This document shows, in pieces, positions 25,601 to 39,100 of a DNA stretch of 64,000 nt. The notes beneath the pieces are model-generated. The model was not told where the DNA came from, did not search any database, and saw nothing but the letters and a program-made list of their open reading frames with translations. How positions within the stretch are numbered: the stretch's first letter is position 1; every line of letters starts with the position of its first letter. This DNA is from the human T2T-CHM13v2.0 reference genome, Homo sapiens, in the NCBI RefSeq assembly GCF_009914755.1, contig NC_060948.1; one strand, 5' to 3'. The position numbers and the translations under genes are program-made.

Positions 25601-28600
25601 ATCGAATGGAATGGAATTGATAGGAACGGAATGGAAAGGAATGCAATGATTTGGCATGGAATGGAATCGAATGGCATCGAATGGAATGGAATGGAATGCA
25701 ATGGAATGGAATGTATTAGAATGTAATGAACTTTAATGGAATGTACTCGAATGGATTCGACTGGAATGGAATGTTCTGGAAGTGAATGGACTCCAATGGA
25801 ATGGATTCCAAAGGAATGGAATCGTACGGAATGGAATCTAATGGAATGGAATTAAATGGAAATGAATCAAATTGAATAGCACGGAATTGAATTGAATGGA
25901 ATCGAATGCAATGGAATCTAATGAAACGGAAAGGAAAGGAATGGAATGGAATGGAATGGGCTGGAATGGAAAGGAATCGAAACGAATGGAATGGAATCGA
26001 ACTGAAGAGACTGGAATGGAATGCACTGGAATGGAAGGGAGTGTAATGGAAGGTTCTCGAAAAAAATGGAGTCGAATGGAATGGAATTGAATGGAACGGA
26101 ATAGAGTCGAATGGAATTGAATGGAATGGAATGGACTAGAGTGAAATGGAATCGAACCACAAGGAATGGACAGGAATAGAATGGTCTCGAATTGAATGGA
26201 ATCGTATGGAATGGCATCAAACGGAATGGAATGGACAGCCACGGAATGGAATGCACTCGAATGCAATGGAGTCGAAACTAACGGACTGGAATAGAATGGA
26301 CTCGACTGGTACGGACTCCAATGGAATGGAATCGAATGGAAGGGAATCGAACGGAAGGGAATCGAACGGAATGGACTCGAAGGGAAAAGACTGCAATGGA
26401 AAGGTCTCGAATGGAATGGAAATTAATGGAATGGAATGGAGTCGAATGAAATGGAGTCAAAAGGAATGGAATCGAATGGCAAGAAATCGAATGTAATGGA
26501 ATCGCAAGGAATTGATGTGAACGGAACGGAATGGAATGGAATCCAAAGGAATGGAATAGAATGGAATGGAATCGAATGGAAAGGACTCGAATGGAAATCA
26601 CTCGAATAGAATGCAATTTAATAAAATAGGATCAAATGTAATGGAATGGAATGGAAAGGAATCGAAACGAAAGGAATGGAGACAGATGGAATGGAATGGA
26701 ACAGAGAGCAATGGTATAGAATGGAATGGAATCATCTGGAATGGAATTGAATGGCATGGAATAATATGAAATGGAATGGAATGGAATGGAATGGAATGCC
26801 CTTGAATTAAATGGACTGGAATGGAATGGACTCAAACAGAGTGGAGTGGAAAGTGTGGAGATAGAATGGAATGAACTCCTTTGGAATGGTCTAGTAGGCA
26901 ATGCAATCGACTGGCAGGGAATCAAAAGGAATGTAATCGAATGGATTGGACTGGAATGCAATGGACTCGAATAGATTGGAAACGGAATGCAAAGGAATGG
27001 AATGGAATAGTATGGAATGGAATGGAAAGGAATGGAGTGGAACAGACTATAGTGGAATGGAATGGACTGGAAAGCAATGGACTGGAATGGAACTTTCTTG
27101 AATGGACTGGAATCAAACGGAATGGAATGCAATGCAATCAAATGGCATGGAATAAAATAGAATGAAAGAGAATCAAATGGAATTGAATCGAATGGAATCG
27201 AATGGATTGGAAAGGAATAGAATGGAATGGAATGGAATTGACTCAAATGGAATGGACTAGAATGGAATGGATTCGAATGGAAGGCAAAGGAATGGAATCT
27301 ATTGGAATGGACTGTAATGGAATGGAATGGAAGGGATTGGAATGGACTCGAATGGAATGGACTGCAATAGAAAGGATTCGAATGGAATGAAAAAGAATTG
27401 AATGGAATAGAACAGAATGGAATCAAATCGAATGAAATGGAATGGAATAGAAAGGAATGGAATGAAATGGAATGGAAAGGATTCGAATGGAATGCAATCG
27501 AATGGAATGGAATCGAACGGAATGGAATAAAATGGAAGAAAACTGGCAAGAAATGGAATCGAAATGAATGGAGTGTTATGGAACGGACTCAAAAGGAATT
27601 GAATGTAATAGAATGGAGTGGAGTGGACTCGAATATAATGGACTGGAATGGAATGAAATCACATGGAATGGGAACGAATGGAATGGAATGGAAAGGAATG
27701 CAATCGAATGGAAAGGAATCGAATGGAAGGGAATGAAATTGAATCAACAGGAATGGAAGGGAATAGAATAGACGGTAATGGAATGGACTCGAATAGAATG
27801 GACACGAATGCTCAAATTAAATGGACTCGAATGGAATGGAAACGAAAGGAATGTCATCGAATGGAATTGAATCGATTGGAATGAAATCGCATAGAATGGA
27901 GTGGAATCAAATGGAATTGAATCGAAAGGAAAGGAAGCGAATGGACTGAAATGAAATGGAATGGAATTGAATGGAAAGTAATGCAATGGAATAGAATGGA
28001 ACGAAATTTCACGGAATGGAATCAAACTGAATGGAATCAAATCAATGGAATCAAATCAAATGGAATGGAAAGGAATTGAATGGAGTAGATGGGATTGGAT
28101 GGGATTGGAATGAAATGTACTGGAAAGGACTCGAATTTCATGAAACGGAATGGAATGAATTGGAACGGAATGGACTCGAATGGAATGGAATGTCATGGGA
28201 TGGCATCAAATGGAATGGCATCAAATGGAATGGAATCGAATGCAATGGAATGCTATGGAATGGAATGGAATGCATTGGAATGGAATGTCCTCTAATGGAA
28301 TGGATTCGAGTGGAATGGAATTGAATATAATGGAGTCGAATGAAATGGAATTGAAAGGAATGGGATCGAATACAATGGAATATACTGGAATGTAACGTAA
28401 TGAACTCGAATGTAATTGACTGGAATGGAATGTACATGAATGGAATGTAATCGAATGGAAAGTAATCCAATGGAATAGAATCTAATGCAATAAAATCGAC
28501 TCAGATAGAGTAGAATGTAATGGAATGGAGTGCAGTGCAATGGAATGGAATGGAATGGAATGCAATGGAATGGAATGGAATGGAATGGAATGGAATGGAA

Positions 28601-31600
28601 TGGAATGGAACGGAATGGAATGGGATGGAATGGTATGGAATGGATAGTAATGGACTGGAGTGAAATGGACTGGAAAGGAATGGACTCAAATTGAAAGGGC
28701 TCGAAAGGAATGGAGTCAAATGGAATGGTCTGGAATGGAATGAACACGAATGTAATGCAACCCAATAGAATGGAATCGAATGGCATGGAATATAAAGAAA
28801 TGGAATCGAAGAGAATGGAAACAAATGGAATGGAATTGAATGGAATGGGAACGAATGGAGTGAAATTGTATGCAGTAGAAGAGAATAGAATGGAATGCAA
28901 GCGAAAGGAAAGGAATGGATTGGAATGGAATGGAATTCATTGGAATGGAAGGGAATGTAGTGTAATGGACAGGCCTGGAATAAAGTGGAATGCTACGGTC
29001 TCGAATGGAATAAAAATGTATGGAATGGAATGCAATGAAACGGAATCGAATGTCATAGAATGTAATGGAATGCAAAAAAATGGAATCCAAAATCATTGAC
29101 TGGAAAGGCTGGGTGTCGAAAGGAATTGACTCCAATGGAATGGAATCGAATGGAATGGAAGTGAATAGAATCGAACTAAATCGAATGGAATGGAATTGAT
29201 AGGAACGGAATGGAAAGGAATGCAATGATTTGGCATGGAATGGAATCGAATGGCATCGAATGGAATGGAATGGAATGCAATGGAATGGAATGTATTAGAA
29301 TGTAATGAACTTTAATGGAATGTACTCGAATGGATTCGACTGGAATGGAATGTTCTGGAAGTGAATGGACTCCAATGGAATGGATTCCAAAGGAATGGAA
29401 TCGTACGGAATGGAATCTAATGGAATGGAATTAAATGGAAATGAATCAAATTGAATAGCACGGAATTGAATTGAATGGAATCGAATGCAATGGAATCTAA
29501 TGAAACGGAAAGGAAAGGAATGGAATGGAATGGAATGGGCTGGAATGGAAAGGAATCGAAACGAGTGGAATGGAATCGAACTGAAGAGACTGGAATGGAA
29601 TGCACTGGAATGGAAGGGAGTGTAATGGAAGGTTCTCGAAAAAAATGGAATCGAATGGAATGGAATTGAATGGAACGGAATAGATTCGAATGGAATTGAA
29701 TGGAATGGAATGGACTAGAGTGAAATGGAATCGAACCACAAGGAATGGACAGGAATAGAACGGTCTCGAATTGAATGGAATCGTATGGAATGGCATCAAA
29801 CGGAATGGAATGGACAGCCACGGAATGGAATGCACTCGAATGCAATGGAGTCGAAACTAACGGACTGGAATAGAATGGACTCGACTGGTACGGACTCCAA
29901 TGGAATGGAATCGAATGGAAGGGAATCGAACGGAAGGGAATCGAACGGAATGGACTCGAAGGGAAAAGACTGCAATGGAAAGGTCTCGAATGGAATGGAA
30001 ATTAATGGAATGGAATGGAGTCGAATGAAATGGAGTCAAAAGGAATGGAATCGAATGGCAAGAAATCGAATGTAATGGAATCGCAAGGAATGGATGTGAA
30101 CGGAACGGAATGGAATGGAATCCAAAGGAATGGAATAGAATGGAATGGAATCGAATGGAAAGGACTCGAATGGAAATCACTCGAATAGAATGCAATTTAA
30201 TAAAATAGGATCAAATGTAATGGAATGGAATGGAAAGGAATCGAAACGAAAGGAATGGAGACAGATGGAATGGAATGGAACAGAGAGCAATGGTATAGAA
30301 TGGAATGGAATCATCTGGAATGGAATTGAATGGAATGGAATAATATGAAATGGAATGGAATGGAATGGAATGGAATGCCCTTGAATTAAATGGACTGGAA
30401 TGGAATGGACTCAAACAGAGTGGAATGGAAAGTGTGGAGATAGAATGGAATGAACTCCTTTGGAATGGTCTAGTAGGCAATGCAATCGACTGGCAGGGAA
30501 TCAAAAGGAATGTAATCGAATGGATTGGACTGGAATGCAATGGACTCGAATAGATTGGAAACGGAATGCAAAGAATGGAATGGAATAGTATGGAATGGAA
30601 TGGAAAGGAATGGAGTGGAACAGACTAGAGTGGAATGGAATGGACTGGAAAGCAATGGACTGGAATGGAACTTTCTTGAATGGACTGGAATCAAACGGAA
30701 TGGAATGCAATGCAATCAAATGGCATGGAATAAAATAGAATGAAAGAGAATCAAATGGAATTGAATCGAATGGAATCGAATGGATTGGAAAGGAATAGAA
30801 TGGAATGGAATGGAATTGACTCAAATGGAATGGACTAGAATGGAATGGATTCGAATGGAAGGCAAAGGAATGGAATCTATTGGAATGGACTGTAATGGAA
30901 TGGAATGGAAGGGATTGGAATGGACTCGAATGGAATGGACTGCAATAGAAAGGATTCGAATGGAATGAAAAAGAATTGAATGGAATAGAACAGAATGGAA
31001 TCAAATCGAATGAAATGGAATGGAATAGAAAGGAATGGAATGAAATGGAATGGAAAGGATTCGAATGGAATGCAATCGAATGGAATGGAATCGAACGGAA
31101 TGGAATAAAATGGAAGAAAACTGGCAAGAAATGGAATCGAAATGAATGGAGTGTTATGGAACGGACTCAAAAGGAATTGAATGTAATAGAATGGAGTGGA
31201 GTGGACTCGAATATAATGGACTGGAATGGAATGAAATCACATGGAATGGGAACGAATGGAATGGAATGGAAAGGAATGCAATCGAATGGAAAGGAATCGA
31301 ATGGAAGGGAATGAAATTGAATCAACAGGAATGGAAGGGAATAGAATAGACGGTAATGGAATGGACTCGAATAGAATGGACACGAATGCTCAAATTAAAT
31401 GGACTCGAATGGAATGGAAACGAAAGGAATGTCATCGAATGGAATTGAATCGATTGGAATGAAATCGCATAGAATGGAGTGGAATCAAATGGAATTGAAT
31501 CGAAAGGAAAGGAAGCGAATGGACTGAAATGAAATGGAATGGAATTGAATGGAAAGTAATGCAATGGAATAGAATGGAACGAAATTTCACGGAATGGAAT

Positions 31601-34600
31601 CAAACTGAATGGAATCAAATCAATGGAATCAAATCAAATGGAATGGAAAGGAATTGAATGGAGTAGATGGGATTGGATGGGATTGGAATGAAATGTACTG
31701 GAAAGGACTCGAATTTCATGAAACGGAATGGAATGAATTGGAACGGAATGGACTCGAATGGAATGGAATGTCATGGGATGGCATCAAATGGAATGGCATC
31801 AAATGGAATGGAATCGAATGCAATGGAATGCTATGGAATGGAATGGAATGCATTGGAATGGAATGTCCTCTAATGGAATGGATTCGAGTGGAATGGAATT
31901 GAATATAATGGAGTCGAATGAAATGGAATTGAAAGGAATGGGATCGAATACAATGGAATATACTGGAATGTAACGTAATGAACTCGAATGTAATTGACTG
32001 GAATGGAATGTACATGAATGGAATGTAATCGAATGGAAAGTAATCCAATGGAATAGAATCTAATGCAATAAAATCGACTCAGATAGAGTAGAATGTAATG
32101 GAATGGAGTGCAGTGCAATGGAATGGAATGGAATGGAATGCAATGGAATGGAATGGAATGGAATGGAATGGAATGGAATGGAATGGAATGGGATGGAATG
32201 GTATGGAATGGATAGTAATGGACTGCAGTGAAATGGACTGGAAAGGAATGGACTCAAATTGAAAGGGCTCGAAAGGAATGGAGTCAAATGGAATGGTCTG
32301 GAATGGAATGAACACGAATGTAATGCAACCCAATAGAATGGAATCGAATGGCATGGAATATAAAGAAATGGAATCGAAGAGAATGGAAACAAATGGAATG
32401 GAATTGAATGGAATGGAATTGAATGGAATGGGAACGAATGGAGTGAAATTGTATGCAGTAGAAGAGAATAGAATGGAATGCAAGCGAAAGGAAAGGAATG
32501 GATTGGAATGGAATGGAATTCATTGGAATGGAAGGGAATGTAGTGTAATGGACAGGCCTGGAATAAAGTGGAATGCTACGGTCTCGAATGGAATAAAAAT
32601 GTATGGAATGGAATGCAATGAAACGGAATCGAATGTCATAGAATGTAATGGAATGCAAAAAAATGGAATCCAAAATCATTGACTGGAAAGGCTGGGTGTC
32701 GAAAGGAATTGACTCCAATGGAATGGAATCGAATGGAATGGAAGTGAATAGAATCGAACTAAATCGAATGGAATGGAATTGATAGGAACGGAATGGAAAG
32801 GAATGCAATGATTTGGCATGGAATGGAATCGAATGGCATCGAATGGAATGGAATGGAATGCAATGGAATGGAATGTATTAGAATGTAATGAACTTTAATG
32901 GAATGTACTCGAATGGATTCGACTGGAATGGAATGTTCTGGAAGTGAATGGACTCCAATGGAATGGATTCAAAAGGAATGGAATCGTACGGAATGGAATC
33001 TAATGGAATGGAATTAAATGGAAATGAATCAAATTGAATAGCACGGAATTGAATTGAATGGAATCGAATGCAATGGAATCTAATGAAACGGAAAGGAAAG
33101 GAATGGAATGGAATGGAATGGGCTGGAATGGAAAGGAATCGAAACGAATGGAATGGAATCGAACTGAAGAGACTGGAATGGAATGCACTGGAATGGAAGG
33201 GAGTGTAATGGAAGGTTCTCGAAAAAAATGGAATCGAATGGAATGGAATTGAATGGAACGGAATAGAGTCGAATGGAATTGAATGGAATGGAATGGACTA
33301 GAGTGAAGTGGAATCGAACCACAAGGAATGGACAGGAATAGAATGGTCTCGAATTGAATGGAATCGTATGGAATGGCATCAAACGGAATGGAATGGACAG
33401 CCACGGAATGGAATGCACTCGAATGCAATGGAGTCGAAACTAACGGACTGGAATAGAATTTACTCGACTGGTACGGACTCCAATGGAATGGAATCGAATG
33501 GAAGGGAATCGAACGGAAGGGAATCGAAAGGAATGGACTCGAAGGGAAAAGACTGCAATGGAAAGGTCTCGAATGGAATGGAAATTAATGGAATAGAATG
33601 GAGTCGAATGAAATGGAGTCAAAAGGAATGGAATCGAATGGCAAGAAATCGAATGTAATGGAATCGCAAGGAATTGATGTGAACGGAACGGAATGGAATG
33701 GAATCCAAAGGAATGGAATAGAATGGAATGGAATCGAATGGAAAGGACTCGAATGGAAATCACTCGAATAGAATGCAATTTAATAAAATAGGATCAAATG
33801 TAATGGAATGGAATGGAAAGGAATCGAAACGAAAGGAATGGAGACAGATGGAATGGAATGGAACAGAGAGCAATGGTATAGAACGGAATGGAATCATCTG
33901 GAATGGAATTGAATGGAATGGAATAATATGAAATGGAAAGGAATGAAATGGAATGCCCTTGAATTAAATGGACTACAATGGAATGGACTCGAACAGAGTG
34001 GAATGGAAAGTGTTGAAATAGAATGGAATTGACTCGTTTGGAATGGTCTAGTATGCAATGCAATCGACTGGCAGGGAATCAAAAGGAATGTAATCGAGTG
34101 GATTGGACTGGAATGCAATGGACTCGAATAGATTGGAAACGGAATGCAAAGGAATGGAATGGAATAGTATGGAATGGAATGGAAAGGAATGGAGTGGAAT
34201 AGACTAGAGTGGAATGGAATGGACTCGAAAGCAATGGACTGGAATGGAACTTTCTTGAATGAACTGGAACCAAAAGGAATGGAATGCAATGCAATCAAAT
34301 GGCATGGAATAAGATAGAATGAAAGAGAATCAAATGGAATTGAATCGAATGGAATCGAATGGATTGGAAAGGAATAGAATGGAATGGAATGGAATTGACT
34401 CAAATGGAATGGACTAGAATGGAATGGATTCGAATGGAAAGCAAAGGAATGGAATCTATCGGAATGGACTGTAATGGAATGGAATGGAAGGGATTGGAAT
34501 GGATTCGAATGGAATGGACTACAATAGAAAGGATTCGAATGGAATGAAAAAGAATTGAATGGAATAGAACAGAATGGAATCAAATCGAATTAAATGGAAT

Positions 34601-36122
34601 GGAATAGAAAGGAATGGAATGAAATGGAATGGAAAGGATTCGAATGGAATGCAATCGAATGGAATGTAATCGAACGGAATGGAATAAAATGGAAGAAAAC
34701 TGGCAAGAAATGGAATCGAAATGAATGGAGTGTTTTGGAACGGACTCAAAAGGAATTGAATGTAATAGAATGGAGTGGAGTGGACTCGAATATAATTGAC
34801 TGGAATTGAATGAAATCACAGGGAATGGGAACGAATGTAATGGAATGGAAAGGAATGGAATCGAATGGAAAGCAATCGAATGGAAGGGAATGAAATTGAA
34901 TCAACAGGAATGGAAGGGAATAGAATAGACGGTAATGGAATGGACTCGAATAGAATGGACACGAATGCTCAAATTGAATGGACTCGAATGGAATGGAAAC
35001 GAAAGGAATGTCATCGAATGGAATTGAATCGATTGGAATGAAATCGCATAGAATGGAGTGGAATCAAATGGAATTGAATCGAAAGGAAAGGAAGCGAATG
35101 GACTGAAATGAAATGGAATGGAATTGAATGGAAAGTAATGCAATGGAATAGAATGGAACGAAATTTCACGGAATGGAATCAAAATGAATGGAATCAAATC
35201 AATGGAATCTAATCAAATGGAATGGAAAGGAATTGAATGGAGTAGATTGGATTGGATGGGATTGGAATGAAATGTACTGGAAAGGACTCGAATTTCATGA
35301 AACGGAATGGAATGAATTGGAACGGAATGGACTCGAATGGAATGGAATGTCATGGAATGGCATCAAAGGGAATGGCATCAAATGGAATGGAATCGAATGC
35401 AATGGAATGTTATGGAATGGAATGGAATGCATTGGAATGGAATGTCCTCTAATGGAATGGATTCGAGTGGAATGGAATCGAATATAATGGAGTCGAATGA
35501 AATGGAATTGAAAGGAATGGGATCGAATAGAATGGAATATATTGGAATGTAATGTAATGAACTCGAATGTAATTGACTGGAATGGAATGTACATGAATGG
35601 AATGTAATCGAATGGAAAGTAATCCAATGGAATAGAATCTAATGCAATAAAACCGACTCAGATAGAGTAGAATGTAATGGAATGGATTGCAGTGCAATTA
35701 AATGGAATGGAATTGAATGGAATGGAATGGAATGGAATGGAATGGAATGGAATGCAATGGGATGGAATGGTATGGAATGGATAGTAATGGACTGGAGTGA
35801 AATGGACTGGAAAGGAATGGACTCAAATTGAAAGGGCTCGAAAGGAATGGAGTCAAATGGAATGGTCTGGAATGGAATGAACACGAATGTAATGCAATCC
35901 AATAGAATGGAATCGAATGGCATGGAATATAAAGAAATGGAATCGAAGAGAATGGAAACAAATGGAATGGAATTGAATGGAATGGAATTGAATAGAATGG
36001 GAACGAATGGAGTGAAATCGTATGCAGTAGAAGGGAATAGAATGGAATGCAAGCGAAAGGAAAGGAATGGATTGGAATGGAGTGGAATTCATTGGAATGG
36101 AAGGGAATGTAGTGTAATGGAC
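18250..36122 (+). repeat. Five full-length monomers (3,569; 3,573; 3,579; 3,583; 3,569 bp)
   Basis: AGGCCT at 18250, 21819, 25392, 28971, 32554, 36123. Confidence 0.9.
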
Positions 36123-39100
36123 AGGCCTGGAATAAAGTGGAATGCTACGGTCTCGAATGGAATAAAAATGTATGGAATGGAATGCAATGAAACGGAATCG
36201 AATGTCATAGAATGTAATGGAATGCAAAAAAATGGAATCCAAAATCATTGACTGGAAAGGCTGGGTGTCGAAAGGAATTGACTCCAATGGAATGGAATCG
36301 AATGGAATGGAAGTGAATAGAATCGAACTAAATCGAATGGAATGGAATTGATAGGAACGGAATGGAAAGGAATGCAATGATTTGGCATGGAATGGAATCG
36401 AATGGCATCGAATGGAATGGAATGGAATGCAATGGAATGGAATGTATTAGAATGTAATGAACTTTAATGGAATGTACTCGAATGGATTCGACTGGAATGG
36501 AATGTTCTGGAAGTGAATGGACTCCAATGGAATGGATTCAAAAGGAATGGAATCGTACGGAATGGAATCTAATGGAATGGAATTAAATGGAAATGAATCA
36601 AATTGAATAGCACGGAATTGAATTGAATGGAATGGAATGCAATGGAATCTAATGAAACGGAAAGGAAAGGAATGGAATGGAATGGAATGGACTGGAATGG
36701 AAAGGAATCGAAACGAATGGAATGGAATCGAACTGAAGAGACTGGAATGGAATGCACTGGAATGGAAGGGAGTGAAATGGAAGGTTCTCGAAAAAAATGG
36801 AATCGAATGGAATGGAATTGAATGGAACGGAATTGAGTCGAATGGAATTGAATGGAATGGAATGGACTAGAGTGAAATGGAATCGAACCACAAGGAATGG
36901 ACAGGAATAGAATGGTCTAGAATTGAATGGAATCGTATGGAATGGCATGAAACGGAATGGAATGGACAGCCACGGAATGGAATGCACTCGAATGCAATGG
37001 AGTCGAAACTAATGGACTGGAATAGAATGGACTCGACTGGTACGGACTCCAATGGAATGGAATCGAATGGAAGGGAATCGAACGGAATGGACTCGAAGGG
37101 AAAAGACTGCAATGGAAAGGTCTCGAATGGAATGGAAATTAATGGAATGGAATGGAATCGAATGAAATGGAGTCAAAAGGAATGGAATCGAATGGCAAGA
37201 AATCGAATGTAATGGAATCGCAAGGAATTGATGTGAACGGAACGGAATGGAATGGAATCCAAAGGAATGGAATAGAATGGAATGGAATCGAATGGAAAGG
37301 ACTCGAATGGAAATCACTCGAATAGAATGCAATTTAATAAAATAGGATCAAATGTAATGGAATGGAATGGAAAGGAATCGAAACGGAAGGAATGGAGACA
37401 GATGGAATGGAATAGAACAGAGAGCAATGGTATAGAATGGAATGGAATCATCTGGAATGGAATTGAATGGAATGGAATAATATGAAATGGAATGGAATGG
37501 AATGGAATGGAATGCCCTTGAATTAAATGGACTGGAATGGACTGGACTCGAACAGAGTGGAATGGAAAGTGTTGAGATAGAATGGAATGGACTCCTTTGG
37601 AATGGTGTAGTATGCAATGCAATCGACTGGCAGGGAATCAAAAGGAATGTAATCGAATGGATTGGACTGGAATGCAATGGACTCGAATAGATTGCAAACG
37701 GAATGCAAAGGAATGGAATGGAATAGTATGGAATGGAATGGAAAGGAATGGAGTGGAATAGACTAGAGTGGAATGGAATGGACTGGAAAGCAATGGACTG
37801 GAATGGAACTTTCTTGAATGGACTGGAATCAAACGGAATGGAATGCAATGCAATCAAATGGCATGGAATAAAATAGAATGAAAGAGAATCAAATGGAGTT
37901 GAATCGAATGGAATCGAATGGATTGGAAAGGAATAGAATGGAATGGAATGGAATGGACTAGAATGGAATGGATTCGAATGGAAGGCAAAGGAATGGAATC
38001 TATTGGAATGGACTGTAATGGAATGGAATGGAAGGGATTGGAATGGACTCGAATGGAATTGACTGCAATAGAAAGGATTCGAATGGAATGAAAAAGAATT
38101 GAATGGAATAGAACAGAATGGAATCAAATCGAATGAAATGGAATGGAATAGAAAGGAATGGAATGAAATGGAATGGAAAGGATTCGAATGGAATGCAATC
38201 GAATGGAATGGAATCGAATGGAATGGAATAAAATGGAAGAAAACTGGCAAGAAATGGAATCGAAATGAATGGAGTGTTATGGAACGGACTCAAAAGGAAT
38301 TGAATGTAATAGAATGGAGTGGAGTGGACTCGAATATAATGGACTGGAATGGAATGAAATCACATGGAATGGGAACGAATGGAATGGAATGGAAAGGAAT
38401 GGAATCGAATGGAAAGGAATCGAATAGAAGGGAATGAAATTGAATCAACAGGAATGGAAGGGAATAGAATAGACGGTAATGGAATGGACTCGAATAGAAT
38501 GGACACGAATGCTCAAATTGAATGGACTCGAATGGAATGGAAACGAAAGGAATGTCATCGAATGGAATTGAATCGATTGGAATGAAATCGCATAGAATGG
38601 AGTGGAATCAAATGGAATTGAATCGAAAGGAAAGGAAGCGAATGGACTGAAATGAAATGGAATGGAATTGAATGGAAAGTAATGCAATGGAATAGAATGG
38701 AACGAAATTTCACGGAATGGAATCAAACTGAATGGAATCAAATCAATGGAATCCAATCAAATGGAATGGAGTAGATTGCATTGGATGGGATTGGAATGAA
38801 ATGTACTGGAAAGGACTCGAATTTCATGAAACGGAATGGAATGAATTGGAACGGAATGGACTCGAATGGAATGGAATGTCATAGAATGGCATCAAATGGA
38901 ATGGCATCAAATGGAATGGAATCGAATGCAATGGAATGCTATGGAATGGAATGGAATGCATTGGAATGGAATGTCCTCTAATGGAATGGATTCGAGTGGA
39001 ATGGAATCGAATATAATGGAGTCGAATGAAATGGAATTGAAAGGAATGGGATCGAATACAATGGAATATACTGGAATGTAATGTAATGAACTGGAATGTA

